Source of the DNA: Squalus acanthias
Taxonomy: Eukaryota
DNA: 64,000 nucleotides
Reading direction: 5' to 3'
Assembly: GCA_030390025.1 (NCBI GenBank)
Contig: CM059431.1
Span: 94,676,001 to 94,740,000 of the forward strand
In this document: piece by piece, positions 45,830-59,444 of the stretch
How the letters are laid out: every line of letters begins with the position of its first letter
Position numbering within the stretch: position 1 is the first letter of the stretch
Notes under the pieces: model-generated
What the model was told of the DNA's origin: nothing
Database searches by the model: none
Seen by the model: only the letters and a program-made list of their open reading frames with translations
Program-made: the position numbers and the translations under genes

Positions 45830-48300
45830 TTACAATTGGCTGGAGGTTGTGCTTGAGGTAGAGGGCTCAGCTATGATGCCTGGGGCTGATGATGGGCCAG
45901 CAATAGGATTATCAAATGTGGAAATTACTGGTGTAGTTGCACGCTGTAGGTCTTGGGCCTTCTGTTGTGACATCTTTTGAAAGATATTTAATATTGTTGT
46001 TTGTTTAAATAATTTGGGCTTTTCTTTCACTAATCTTTCCCGAATTCTATAGACCTGCAGTATTTCTTCTTCACTTATGAAGCTTCGTTGCTCTAAGGCG
46101 TGAATTAATTCTTGACAAAGATTGATTGCTTTGTCAATCGGCACTTTTTCGACTTGATCACAGGCATCATCATCCTCCTCACTGCTTTCATCCTTTTCTT
46201 CTGGATGCAAAACCCTCTATGATTTCTTCATCTGTCACTGCATGCACAATGGGAGCATCGTTGTCTATGTCCATGACTTCTGCGACATCGTCCTCATTCA
46301 ATTCCTGCGCAGCTTTGCAAGTCAGCCCTCTTGTATAATCTAAAAGTTGAGCAATCATTGCTTTCTCCCTGGACACACGAAAGCCTTAAGTCCTGAGGAG
46401 CATCATCGTCAGCAAACAGAGTTGATGGCCAGATGTTATGCCAAGCATTGACCAAGGTGTCTGCAGTTACCAAGTTCCATGCATCCGCAGCTGTCCATAT
46501 GGCGTCCTTGATAGAGAAACATAGAAGATAGGAGCAGGAGTAGGCCATTCGGCCCCTCGAGCCTGCTCCGCCATTTAATGAGATCATGGCTGATCATCCA
46601 AATTCAGTACCCTATCCCTGCTTTCTCCCCATATCCCTTGATCCCTTTAGCCTTAAGAAATATATCTAACTCCTTCTTGAATATATTTAATGAGTTGGCC
46701 TCAACTGCCTTCTGTGGTAGAGAATTCCACAGGTTCATCATTCTCTGGGTGAAGAAATTCCTCCTCATCTCAGTCCTAAATGGCTTACCCCTTATCCTTA
46801 GACTGTGACCTCTGGTTCTGGACTCCCCTGCCATCGGGAACATCCTTCCTGCATCTAGTCTGTCTAGTCCTGTTAGAATTTTATAAGTTTCAATGAGATC
46901 CCCTCCCATTCTTCTAAACTCTAGCGAATACAAGCCCAATCGTCCCAATCTCTCTTCATACGTCATTCCTGCCATCCCAGGTATCAGTCTGGTAAATCTT
47001 CGCTGCACTCCCTCCATGGCAAGAACATCCTTCCTCAGATAAGGCGACCAAAACTGCACACACTACTCCAGGTGTGGTCTCACCAAGGCCCTGTACAACT
47101 GCAGCAAGACATCCTTGCTCCTGTACTCGAATCCTCTCGCTATGAAGGCCAACATACCATTTGCCGCCTTAACCGCCTGCTGCACCTGCATGCTTACCTT
47201 CAACGACTGGGAATAAAAGCTTTTGAGAATGCTTTTATTCCCATGCCTGTGTTCACAGCATTAAGTAAACACCTTGTTTTTGTACAGGCACTTCATCGAT
47301 CTCAAAATTCCTTGGTCCATTGGCTGTATCAGTGATGTAACATTTGGAGGCAAGTAGATTCCATGGACATTATCCTTTACCAAAAGCTCAGCATCGGGAT
47401 GTGCTGAGCAATTGTCTAGCAGCAAGTATATTTTGCAGTTTTCCTCAAGGCCAGCTTCTGTGCGATGAGCACGCGCCTGAGGGACAAAATTCTTCTCAAA
47501 CCAGTTCAGAAAGGTTACCCTGGTTACCCATGCTTTCCTATTGGCATAATAATGCACTGGCAATACTCTCAAATCCTTGAAACATCTTGGACGCTGGCTT
47601 CTCCCAATGACCATAAGCTTACACTTATGTGTCCCAGCCGCATTTGCAGCAGCAAGCACAGTCCTTGGCGTCTTTAATACCTGTTGGCTGCGTTTCTTCT
47701 GCTGCTGCTAATGTCTTTCGCGGTACGTAGCGCCAAAACAGTGCTGTCTCGTCAGCATTGTACATTTGCTCAGCTGAAAGGTTTTCATCAGCAATTAGTT
47801 TGATGAACTCATCAATATAATTTTCAGCTGCCTCATGATCTGCTCAGGCTTTCTCACCACATACTTTCAGTTGCCTGATGCCATGACGCCTTTTAAATTT
47901 GGCTAGCCAACCATGGAGTTTCAATCCCCAGTTGTGCATGGAATATTTTAGCTTGTTGCACCACCATTGGGCCAGACAAAGGAACCTTTTCACTTCGCCT
48001 CTGTCGCCACCATTCCATCACTGCTCGATCCAAATTATCACGTTTTGGCTTATGCATACTTTTTCTCTTACTCATTTCCTTATGAACATCACTTTCCGCA
48101 TAAAACGTCATGAGTTCTTTCTGTTTTCTAATATCATAGATGGTGGAGAGTCCAACACCATGCTCCTCACTCAATCTTCTCACTGAAGCACCTCTATCTA
48201 ATCTCTGAAGTAACTCCACCTTCTTGGCAATTGAAAGTGAACTATGCTTCCTCTTTCCTTTATATGAACCCATTGGGGTATCTGTTGGCCTTTTTGACAT
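45830..48300 (-). pseudogene. Tigger transposase (disrupted by frameshifts and a CR1 insertion)
   Basis: ORF pieces 47893-48300, 47261-47659, 46294-46510, 46188-46376 and 45830-46210. Confidence 0.88.
46511..47210 (-). mobile_element. CR1 (HER1-like) 3' fragment inside Tigger
   Basis: QFWSPYLRKDVLAMEGVQRRFTRLIPG...RTRGH...; nearly identical to 61840-62650. Confidence 0.9.
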
Positions 48301-48430
48301 GTTTGCAATGACAACACAAATTCACAATCTTTACCTGTGCAGATCGTTAAATCGGGAAAAACACCACAGCAATGGAGTCAGGTTGGGTGGGGTCTGATCA
48401 TGGGGTGTAGGTGGGTCACCTGGGGTTCAG

Positions 48431-48613
48431 TCTGGCCAAAGGGACTTGTGTGCTGTGCAGAGTTGATTCTGGCCAAAGGGACTTGTGTGCTGTGCAGAGT
48501 TGATTCTGGCCAAAGGGACTTGTGTGCTGTGCAGAGTTGATTCTGGCCAAAGGGACTTGTGTGCTGTGCAGAGTTGATTCTGGCCAAAGGGACTTGTGTG
48601 CTGTGCAGAGTTG
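48431..48613. repeat. 37-bp tandem repeat x~5 within the Tigger upstream region
   Basis: Unit tctggccaaagggacttgtgtgctgtgcagagttgat, essentially identical copies. Confidence 0.92.
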
Positions 48614-49559
48614 CTGTGGACCCAGGAGCAGCGGTACGGTGACTGTGAAGACCTGGCCTGGAACACGTAGGATTGGCGTTTTTATTCTTGCAATTTTTGT
48701 CACTGTACAGTAGTCGGATTTCATTTTTTGACTTTTCACTGGGCCTGGCTGGCGACGGAAACGGTTGGACAGGGTGTCCGGATTCCGGAACATTTTACGG
48801 ATTCCGGATGACCCTGCCACCAATCGTCCTGGATTCCGGAATATTCCGGATTACGGAACTCCGGATTTTGGACGCTCAACCTGTATCGCCAAATTCCCAG
48901 CTCTGGTTGCGATTCACTCTAATTGTGATTTACCCAGCTTTGTCTCCAAGCTGTGCTCAAGCTCAATAATACCTAAATAGTACTGGTACATTAAAACACT
49001 GTCCTGAAGATTAAATGACGAGGCTTATCATGAAAGAGTAATTGGGGGATGGTAAATGTGATTTTTAACAGCCTAAATTGGGAAATTAGAAGAAGGAAGA
49101 CTGAGGGGCTGAAATTCTGCACCTGGTGCAACAGCGTCAGTGCATTTTTCACTGTTGGTACATAGGGACTTCCCCATGTTTATTTCTGCCCCCTCATCTA
49201 ATTGCAGCTGGTGTGCACCTGAACTATTTGCATCACGCACTGGGAGCGCAGAGGTCAGGGTTCTCTGGGCAGGAGCAGAAATGTGCTGGAGCAGCTCCTT
49301 CAAGTGGCTTCTGCACTTTCTGTTGGCGGCAAGTTTGAAAGTGGTCACTTTCTGGGGTGTTTTGCTCTGAGATGAGGCAGGGGATTGTTGGGCGGCAAAT
49401 TTCCTCTGGGGGTTCTCTCGCTCATCCGTCATAACTTTTGGTGGAAGTGCCGTGGAAACCCTGGAAAAAGAGAGTAACTTTGTTTACTGCACAGGGACAG
49501 ATGGCATCTGAAGATTGAAAGCAGCAGTTGCATGAGGGGAAAGAGTTGCAGAGTCCTCA

Positions 49560-50200
49560 AAGACCATCCTAGATGGCTGATTTATTACCCTAAACAAAAG
49601 GACATTAGTTCACAAAGTGTGATTCATTGGAGGGTGTCTTCCACGAGTCAGATAGGAGACAGTGGTCACTGCTGAGGAGACAATACAGTGTAAAAATTAA
49701 GATTTGGAGGTGAAGGAAAGGTCTAGGAGATGAGTTGAATTACCAGGCATGTCAGGTATATGGTTAGGTGGATAGATCCAAGGTAGCAAAGGATTTTGAA
49801 TTATTACTGACCTGATTGGTACAAGAGATGAAGTGGGCATAGCAAACGGTGAACAGTGAAGTTGCCGAGAATGGAGTTGGAGACAAGATTCAGGTTTTAC
49901 TTGCCAAAAAGCTGATTTATTCAGAGTTATCAAAGTTTGGAGAGTGATACATTTAGAGAGATGATAAAGGGATATTTTAATCCATGGGAGTTTGGTCAGG
50001 TGATTCAAGGGGAACGAAGGAAAGCGAACGTAACAACAACTTGGATCAGAAGTTAAAGTAGCAAGTGTAAGGGAAATTGGAAGAAGTAAGCATCAGGAAG
50101 AGGTGAACCTTCAGTTAGAAGCAGTAGATAAGGTTAGCATGGCTCTAATGGAAACAGAGAATTGAGATTTGATGAATTTTGCAAGAGGAGGAAGCTTTAG
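49560..50200 (-). mobile_element. Old LINE endonuclease-region remnant
   Basis: Degenerate HIPDMPGNSTHLLDLSFTS, similar to the APE PT...LDL motif; heavily decayed. Confidence 0.35.
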
Positions 50201-50878
50201 ATGAAGCTTTTTTGATGAGGTAACAGAGGGTTGATGAGGGCAATCCAGTTGATGTGGTGTACATGGACTTCCAAAAGGCATTTGATAAAGTGGCACATAA
50301 TAGGGTTGCCAGCAAAGTTGAAGCCCATGGAATAAAAGGGACAGTGGCAGCATGGATACAAAACTGGCTAAGTGACAGGAAACAGAGAGTAGTGGTGAAC
50401 GGTTGTTTTTCGGACTGGAGGAAGGTATACAGTGGTATTCCCCAGGGGTCGGTACTAGGACTACTGCTTTTCTTGATATATATTAATGACTTGAATGTGG
50501 GTGTACAGGGCACAATTTCAAAATTTGCAGATGACACAAAACTTGGAAGTATAGTGAACAGTGAGGAGAATAGGGATAGACTTCAAGAGGATATAGGCTG
50601 ATGGAATGGGCGGACATGTGGCAGATGAAGTTTAACGCAGAAAAGTGCGAAGTGATACATTTTGGTAGGAAGAATGAGGAGAGGCAATGTAAACTAAAGG
50701 GTACAATTCTAAAGGGGGTGCAGGAACAGAGCGACCTGTGGGTATGTGTGCACAAATCGTTGAAGGTGGCAGGACAGGTTGAGAAAGCGGTTAAAAAAGC
50801 ATACGGGATACTGAGCTTTTCAAATAGAGGCATAGAGTACAAAAGCAAGGCGGTTATGATGAACCTTTATGAAACATT

Positions 50879-53800
50879 GGCCCGCATTTTCCAATGCCTA
50901 CGGGTGTCTACGAGCAAAGTGCATGCGCTGAAAACCGGTATTTCTGATCTGTCAAGAAACCTCTTGCCGATTGGACGCCTGCCCTGGAGAAGGGCCTTTG
51001 AGGGCGGAGAGTTCCGCTTTTTGCAGAACCTCCGCCTGCTGAAATCACTTCAAAATCACTACAGAAATAGGAAGATAGAGCAGATGAATGCGTGGCTGGA
51101 GAGATGGTGTAGGAGGGAGGGCTTTAGCTTCCTGAGGAATTGGAACCGTTTCTGGGGGAGGTGGGACCTCTACAAGCCAGACGGGTTGCACCTCAACGGG
51201 AACAGGACCAATATCCTGTCGGGAGGGTTTGCTAGTGCTGTTGGGGAGGGTTTAAACTAGCTTGGCAGGGGGGATGGGAACGTAAGTATAGCGTCAATAG
51301 GGAGGGAAGAAAAACTAGAATTGGAAAACAAAAACGTAGAAAGTAAATTGGAAGGACAGAGGAATCGAGGGCTAGATAGTAGTCAACGAGGTTTGCCTGT
51401 ACTAAATGGTATATACTTCAATGCAAGGAGTATAGCGAACAAGGCAGATGAGCTGGGGGCACAGATAGATACTTGGGACTATGATATTATAGCTATTACA
51501 GAGACGTGGCTGAAAGAGGGGCAGGTATGGCAGCTCAACATTCCTGGTTACAGGATTTTCAGACGGGATAGAGAGGGAGGTAAAAAGGGAGGGGGGGGGT
51601 CGTGGTATTGATTAAAGAAACTATTACAGCTGTGAGGAGGGATGATATGTCAGAGGGATCATCAAACAAGGCCATATGGGTCGAATTGGGGAAAAAAAAG
51701 GGGCGATCACACTGCTGGGAGTGTCCTACAGACCCCAAACAGTGAGGGAAATAGAAGAACAAATACGTCGACAAATTTCTGAGGTGCAAAAACTATAGGG
51801 CAGTAATAGTAAGGGATTCCAACTACCCCAATATTAACTGGGATAAAATTAGTGTGAAGGGTATAGAGGGTGTGGAATTCCTAAAATGCATCCAGGAGAA
51901 CCTTTTTAGCTAGTATGTAATAAGCCCAACAAGGGAGGGGGTGGTTCTGGACTTAGTTTTAGGGAATGAAGCTGGGCAGGTAGAAGGCGTATCAGTGGGG
52001 GAGCATTTTGGTGCTAGTGACCATAATTCTGTTAGATTTAAGGTAAATATGGAAAAGGACAAGTATAGACCAGGAATAAAAATTCTAAATTGGGGGAAAG
52101 CAATTTTTGCTAAGCTCACAGGGGATTTAGCCATAGTGGACTGGAAACAGCTACTTGAAGGTAAATCAGTGTCAGAGCATTGAATGAGGAGATATGGAGG
52201 GTTCAGACCAAATATGTACCCTTAAAGAAAAAAGGTGGGAGTAACAAATCTAGATCCCCTGGATGTCTAGGGACATACAGGGTAGGATAAAGGAAGAAAA
52301 GGGAGGCGTATGACAGATACCGAGGGCTAAATACTCCACAATCTTTAGAGGAGTACAGAAAGTGCAGGGGTGCAATTAAAAAGGATATTAGAAAAGCTAA
52401 GAGAGAGCATGAAAAATTCTTGGCAAGTAAAATCAAGGAAAACCCAAAGATGTTTTTTAAATATATTAAGAGTAAGAGGATAACTAAAGAAAGGGTAGGT
52501 CCTATTAGAGATCATGAGGGTAATCTGTGTGTTGAGGTGGGAGACGTCGGTAGGGTTCTTAATGAATACTTTGCGTCTGTTTTCACAAAGGAGAGGGGCG
52601 AAGCAGACATTGCTATCAGGGGGAGGAGTGTGAAATATTAGATGGAATAAACATAGTGAGAGAGGAAGTATTAAGGGGTTTAGCAGCTTTAAAAGTGGAT
52701 AAATCCCCAGGCCCGGATGAAATGTATCCCAGACTGTTAAGCGAAGCAAAAGAGGAAATAGCAGAGGCCCTGACCATCATTTTTCAATCCTCTCTGGCTT
52801 CAGGTGTGGTGCCGGAGGACTGGAGGACTGCTAATGTGGTACCCTTGTTTAAAAAGGGAGAAAAGGATAGACCAAGTAATTACAGGCCAGTCAGCCGAAC
52901 CTCGGTGGTGGGAAAATTATTGGAAAGAATTCTGAAGGACAGGATACATCATCATTTAGAAAGACACGGATTAATCAAGGATAGTCAGCACGGATTTGTT
53001 AAGGGAAGGTCATGTCTGACAAACTTGATTGAATTTTTTGAGGAGGTAACGAGGGTAGATGAGGGTAGTGCGTTTGATGTAGTGTATATGGACTTTAGCA
53101 AGGCTTTTGATAAGGTTCCACATGGCAGACTGGTCACGAAGTACAAAGCCCATGGGATCCAGGGCAAAGTGTCAAGTTGGATTCAAAACTGGCTCGGAGA
53201 CATGAAGCAGAGGGTAATGGTTGATGGGTGTTTTTGTGACTGGAAGGCTGTTTCCAGTGGGGTTCCACAGGGCTCAGTACAAGTTCCCTTGCTTTTTGTG
53301 GTATATATCAATGATCTAGACTCGTATATAGGGGGCATGATTAAGAAGTTTGCAGATGATACTAAAATCGGCTGTGTGGTTGATACTGAAGAAAGAAGCT
53401 GTAGACTGCAGGAATATATCAATAAATTGGTCAGGTGGGCAGAACGGTGGCAAATGGAATTCAATCAGGAGAAGTGTGAGGTAATGCAAATGGGGAGGGC
53501 TAACAAGGAAAGGGACTACACATTAAATGGTAGGACACTGAGTAGTGTAGAGGAACAAAGGGACCTTGGAGTGCATGTCCACAGATCCCTGAAGGTAGCA
53601 GGCCAGGTAGATAAGGTCGTTAAGAAGGCATACGGAATGCTTGCCTTTATAGCCATGGCATAGAATACAAGAGCTGGGGGGTTATGCTTCAACTGTATAA
53701 AACACTAGTTAAGCCTCCGCTAGAGTACTGCGTGCAGTTCTGGTCACCACATTACAGGAAAGATGTGATTGCATTAGAGAGGGTACAGAGGAGATTTACA

Positions 53801-54783
53801 AGGATGTTGCCGGGAGTAGAGAATCTTAGCTATGAGGAAAGACTGGATAGGCTGGGTTTGTTTTCCTTGGAACAGAGGAGGCTGAGGGGAGACCTTATTG
53901 AGGTGTATAAAATTATGAGGGGCCTAGATAAAGTGGATAGAAAGGACCTATTTCCCTTCGCAGAGGGGTCAAAAACCAGGGGGCACTGATTTAAAATAAT
54001 TGGTGGAAGGTTTAGAGGAGATTTGAGGGGAAATTTCTTCACCCAGAGGGTTGTGGGGGTCTGGAACTCACTGCCTGAAAGGGTGGTAGAGGCAGGAACC
54101 CCAACCACATTTAAAAAGTACTGGATGTGCACTTGGGATGCTGTAACCTGCAGGGCTACGGACCAAGAGCTGGGAAGTGGGATTAGGCTGGATAGCTCTT
54201 TGTTGGTTGGTGCGGACACGATGGGCCGAAATCGCCTCCTTCCGTGCTGTAACTTTCTATGATTGTATGATTCTATAAAATCTTACGCCTGGTAAAAGCA
54301 GGCGTAAGGCTTACTTTTCCAATTTTCACTCATTTATAATTTAAAAATACTTTTAAAAAAGGTAAGTTTATTTTTAGCCCCGTAAAAAACTTAAATAATT
54401 TTTTTCAAAAAATTACATTTTTGTTTAAAATATCTAATTTTATGTAATTTTAACTCATTTTAAAAACGTGATGGTTTTTAAAAAATTTATTTAATGTTTA
54501 AGTGTCTTTTTTCAGTGATCCCCATTCATACTTTTGACAGGTCTATCTGTCAAAAGTATGAAGGGGGATTCCCTTCTTTCATTGGCTCGCCTGGCCCACG
54601 TGATTCCAGGGATGCTTGCGAACTGCATGTGCCCCTGGGATACGTGAGCCCTGCGCCTTTCGACTGTGGAGAGGCCCAGGATCGGAAGTGTCCGGACCTC
54701 GCGAGCCCTCAGGTGAGGGCGTAGATTTTCTCCCAATAGGAGGCATCCGCACGCAGGAAGCCTCCTATCGGAAATTATGGGCC
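50879..54783. mobile_element. MITE (family of 21554-22296), split by CR1 51060-54275
   Basis: TIRs ggcccgcattttcc / ggaaattatgggcc; shared internal motifs and AT-rich core at 54320-54500. Confidence 0.75.
51060..54275 (+). mobile_element. CR1 LINE, 5'-truncated within ORF1
   Basis: Esterase end (MNAWLERWCRREGF, DGLHLN), EN (NARSIANK, TETW, SDH), RT 52656-53663 ([19 protein letters not shown]), and tail ttctatgatt. Confidence 0.92.
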
Positions 54784-55639
54784 AATGGTTCGGCCACAAC
54801 TGAAGTATTGTGTCCAATTCTGGGCACTGCACTTTAGGAAGGATGTGAAGGCTTCAGAGAGGGTGCAGAAAAGATTTACAAGAATGGTTCCAGGGATGAG
54901 GGACTTCATTTACGTGGATAGACTGGAGAAGCTGGGATTGTTCTCCTTAGAGCAGAGAAGATTGAGAGGAGATTTGATAGAGGTGTTGAAAGTCATGAGG
55001 GGTCTGGACAGAGTAGATAGAGAGAAACTGTTCCCATTGGCAGAATGGTCGAGAACCAGAGGACACAGATTTAAGGTGATTGGCAGAAGATCCGAAGGCG
55101 ACATGAGGAAAAATTTTATTACGCAGCAAGTGGTCTGCCTGAAAGGGTGGAGGAGGTAGATTCAGTCGTGGCTTTCAAAAGGGAATTAGATAAGTACCTG
55201 AAGGAAATTTTTTTATGGGGCTACGAAGAAACGGTGGGGGAGTGGGACTAGCTGAAGTGCTCTTGCAGAGAGCCGGCACAGGCTCGACGGGCCGAATGGC
55301 TTCCTACTGTGCTGTAATGATTCTAAGCTAGTACAGTTTTGGGTATCTGAGGTAATTTGTTTGCACTCAACCCCAGTTCCTCCCACAGTTGAATACGCTG
55401 CTAGTACTTCATGCGCTCATGTATGAGGAATAGACAAGGAACTGCACCCCAGTAGAAGTCGGTGCTTTCCAGATAAGAGTAAATAGAGACAAAATGAACC
55501 AAATGACTAATGTGAATGAGCCAATTTATAATGCAATGTAATATTCTATAAATACCAGAGACACCTAATCCCGTCACTGACTGAGATGAATTTTGACTGT
55601 TTTCGCAACTGCTAACTGATACTGATGTGGCCTTTACAC

Positions 55640-55850
55640 AGTCTTTCTGCCAATATTCCTCCCTCAACACCACCAAAACAGATTAATTGGTCATTCAATC
55701 ATTTGTTGTTTGCTGAGACCTTGCTGTACACAAATCTGCTGCTGTATTTCTCTACATTACAACGGTGACTACAGTTCATTCATTGCCTGTAAAGTTCTTT
55801 GGAATTTCCTGAGATGTGAAAGGTGCTATATAAATGCAAATCCTTTCTTT
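55640..55850 (+). mobile_element. DeuSINE 3' fragment
   Basis: Similar to the 3' halves of 58126-58515 and 60546-60996. Confidence 0.6.
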
Positions 55851-56029
55851 AGGCATTCACTTCCATGACATGGTTTGACAATATTTGGTTGCACTGAAGG
55901 AGCGATGGAGTGAGTGGAAATTTTTGAGAGCATGAGACATTTGTCTGCTCCCTGAAGCACTTTAAGGTGAGGGCATATTTGTCCAGAGTATGGGAAGATG
56001 CAGACAGAACTGTTAACTTGGAAATGTGG

Positions 56030-56950
56030 CCATTGCATTAAGAGAAATTACCCTGTACGAGATTACAGAATCTGTCGCAGCTGGAATCGGGTTATGTTCT
56101 TCAGCCTCTTTGAGCTCATCCTGCTCCTCTTGGTGGTACTGCTGCTGTGCTTTTGGGGCGGGACGGTCTTCCATCTCCAGCGCCTCCACGCTAATACAGT
56201 TTTGCTGATGAAATTGTGCCACATGCCACAGACTACCACAATTCTTGAAACCTTAGCCAGTCTGTGTTGCAAGACATCCCATATTTATCCAGGTATCTGA
56301 AATGCTGCTTCAACAATCCTATGGGGTGCGCTCAATGATTACTCGGGTGGATCCTTGCACCTCATTATACCTGCATTCTGCTGGTGTCTGGAGATACATC
56401 AGACATGTTGTGAGCCATGGCCGCAAAAGAATAGACTTGCTTGTCCAAGACATGCCTTTGTAGGCCAAATATTCATGGGACACGATGGGCTGAAATGGCC
56501 TCCTTCCGTGCTGTAACTTTCAATGATTCTATGATTAACAGCTGGGTTCTTGTGTATTGGGAACAGTGACTGGTTTAACTTATAGTCTTGATTCATTGAA
56601 AATTCTCCTACAGTTAAACATTGCATGGCAATGGTTTCTCTTTGGCAGGTGGAATACAGGTGCTAATATTACAAAACCGAAAATTAGAGCTGAACCAATT
56701 CACTGCATTGTTGTGCTCACCATGTCCACGCTAAACAGCCCGGTCTAGTTTGTTGGTACTATGGCAGCTTTCACAAGCTTAGGGAAGTTGGCCTTTGAGA
56801 AGTTCATTTTAAGGGTAATCACTGAACTGCTTTCCATGGTTGTTTTTAAAATTGGTAATATCGTTCTTTCAACATCACCGTATAGCTGAAAAAGTGAGGA
56901 GGGGCAACGTGATGACAGAACCTTCGCACCCTTTTAAATAAGATTGTAGC
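56030..56950 (-). pseudogene. Old Harbinger transposase remnant
   Basis: Hand translation gives YNEVQGSTRVIIER/IGLLKQHFRYLDK and KVSRIVVVCGMWHNF; interrupted by a CR1/SINE tail at ~56475-56535. Confidence 0.6.
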
Positions 56951-57804
56951 TTTGAGCAGGACACCAGCTGAAGCTCAGTATTTCTTTTCCCTTTTAGAGG
57001 GAGGTTCAGTTGTGAAACATTATTTTAGTTATATTAAGGAATACTTAGATTTGGCTTTTTCAAAATATGTTATATCTGGTCAGATGTGGAAGCCTCTTTA
57101 TAAAATAAAGATACTTTAAAATTATGCATCTAAAAAAACCAACCTTGTACTGAACGTTAAGGTGTCTTCAGTCCTCTAAAAATTGAATGAACTGCAGAAG
57201 CACTAAAGGGGAAACAGAAAAAATACAGAGATAGAAAGATGAAGGGCAAAAATACAAACAAAGAAGTAAGAGGATCCAAAGGGAAGGGGAGAAGCACGGC
57301 TGATAAAGCAGGCAGGAGAGAGAATGAAAAACCAACTGCGAAGGGTAAATTTTTGGAGAGTGCTGCAGTCAGTGTCTCATTCAATGGGAGCATCGAATGA
57401 GTAGGCCGGTGTGCCAGATTCACAGTGCTATGTTGGGAATACCATGAATTGGGTGCCCTGAATTCCATGGCCAGCTCTCCAAACCACGTTCCCATCAATC
57501 GGGACTCTGCGCTGGGAACAGCCCCCAAAAATGTACCCCCAAAGGATTGAGATGCCAAAATGTAAGGGAGATAAAAAATGTTTTTGACCTTACATAGAAT
57601 TTACAACACAGAAACAGGCCATTCGGCGCAACTGGTTTGTGAATGTGTACCCCCTAGATCACTTTGCTCCTCTACCCCATTTAGACTCTTATTTTGTGTT
57701 TATTATTTTGAAGGGTTTCTCCTGAAAGTTTTCACATGTTACTCGCTCACTTCAAAGAGTATTAGGCATCGAGCATTTAGTATGGGACTGGATTCATATG
57801 ACAA

Positions 57805-58100
57805 CAATAATAACTTGCATTTATATAGCACCTTAAATGTAGGAGAAGTGACAAAAGTGGTGGGGTATGAGGAGGATATTAAAGGAGGAGAGGTTTAGGA
57901 AAGGAATTCCAGAGCATGGGGTTGAGGCAGTTGAAGGCACAGCCGCCAATGGTGTGGTGAAGTGGGGGGGGGGGGGGGGGTAGAAATGAGCAAGAGGCTG
58001 GAGTCAGAGGAACAGAGAGTGGGGGGGGGGCGGGGGGAGGAACAGAGAGTGGGGGGGGGGGGGGGGAGGTTGTAGCACAAGAGTAGGTTACAGAGATAGG
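57805..58100 (-). mobile_element. L2-like LINE 3' fragment
   Basis: Minus strand LCLQLPQPHALEFL...; tail tatataaatgcaagtt shared with the DeuSINE tails. Confidence 0.45.
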
Positions 58101-58125
58101 GCGACGTGTTCCGTATCAAGCTGTC

Positions 58126-58515
58126 GGCCATGGCTCAGTGGGTAACACTCTCAGCTCTGAGTCAAAAGATTGTGGGTTCATGTCGCATTGCAGAGCCTTG
58201 AGCGCAAAATCTAGGCTGACACTCCAGTGCAGTACTGAGGAAGTGCTGCACTGTTGGAGATGCCGTCTTTCAGATGAGATGTTAAACTCTCAGACGGACA
58301 CTATTTCAAAGAAGAGCAGGGGAATTTATCTCTCAACCAACATCACTAAAACAAATTATCTGATCATTATCACATGTGAGACCTTGCTGTGTGCAAATTG
58401 GCTGCTGCGTTTCCTACATTACAACAGTGACTACACATCAAAAAGTACTTCATTGGCTATAAAGTGCTTTGGGACGTTTTGAGGCCATGAAGGCGCTATA
58501 TGAATGCAAGTCTTT
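58126..58515 (+). mobile_element. tRNA-derived DeuSINE (SacSINE1-like)
   Basis: A box tggctcagtgg, B box gggttca, Deu-type core gctgacactccagtgcagtactgagg..gtgctgcactgttggagatgccgtctttcagatgagatgttaaac, and tail atgaatgcaagtc. Confidence 0.8.
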
Positions 58516-59444
58516 GTTTCTATTGTTCAGTACAACATCACTTGTAAATTTTCCTAAATTAAATGGGTCCGGGTTCACTATTCTTTATTCAACTAGGGGA
58601 TCTCTTGTGGCATTGCCCATGGAGAGTTGGGATGGAGCGAATTGCCCTCAGTGTGCATTAGTGATGCTGTAGATATAGCTATGGCCATCTGTAGCTTTTG
58701 GAGTTCCATCTAGTGATGTGACTGTGCAACAGGTAACTGGAGGCATGACAGAATGGTGATGCACAAATAAGGATTGTGCAACCTAACAGCAAATTTAATA
58801 TATTATAGATGTGTTTAGCCTCAGGAGCAGTTTTTCAGCTTCTTCAAGGGACTACTTTCAGCAGTCATGAGGTTGATTTTGTGATGATGTGTCGTACAGT
58901 TGCATTCACTCCCAAGGGAGACCACTGGATTGCACATGTAGCACAAAAGGGGGTGAAGACCCTTTTCTCCTGTGCTTTTGTTTATTTCTTGGGCACAACG
59001 CACACTCCGCTATTTGACTAAATAGGGCCGATCTGAGCAGCATAAATTAGCAAATTAGCAGTGTCCCGGCCACGATTTTCCACCTACTATGGACAGGAAA
59101 CTGTCATTGGTGGGCGAGGCTCCCCTCTGGCAGCACAAACTCGGAAATTCACCCCTTATCATATTCCAGCAGGCGACTCACTGGTTGTCAAACTCTGTGC
59201 TCATTCCATCTTTTCTCTCTGTGGCTGCTTCCTCTCTGCCTTACTGTTACCTGAGGCTTCAGGCCGGTAACCTTTTTCTGCTCGGGTGTGAACCATAGCA
59301 ATGAAGCAGGAAAGATAAGAGTGGTGGAAAGAGGTTTGTAGCCTGAAGAGGCTCGGGCAATAGGCTGGGTAGGTGCCTTGGTGACTCCGAGAAGGCAGCC
59401 ATTCTATGCTCCCCTACCCCTAAATATTCCTTTAAAGAAGCAAA

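Larger units (their letters stand above)
45348..48883 (-). mobile_element. Tigger/pogo (Tc1-mariner superfamily) DNA transposon
   Basis: TIRs caggttgagcgtcc(tg/aa)aatccgg (21/23 match) and TA TSD on both sides. Transposase from ATG 48300 has CENP-B-type HTH, YNADETALFW, LLLDNCSAH and LPPNVTSLIQPMDQG; frameshifted. Confidence 0.93.
50212..55325 (+). mobile_element. CR1 3' half (50212-50878 + 54784-55325) interrupted by a MITE that itself carries another CR1
   Basis: [20 protein letters not shown]; reading resumes at VRPQLKYCVQFW after 54784; tail gggccgaatggcttcct. Confidence 0.88.

Noticed and set aside
45830..48300. Host TIGD/JRK gene
   Set aside because: Frameshifted, CR1-interrupted, and bounded by TIRs with TA duplication.
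48431..48613. 37-bp repeats as a CRISPR array
   Set aside because: Head-to-tail copies with no spacers.
50601..51260. Novel RT-esterase fusion protein
   Set aside because: Chance read-through across the CR1/MITE/CR1 junctions.
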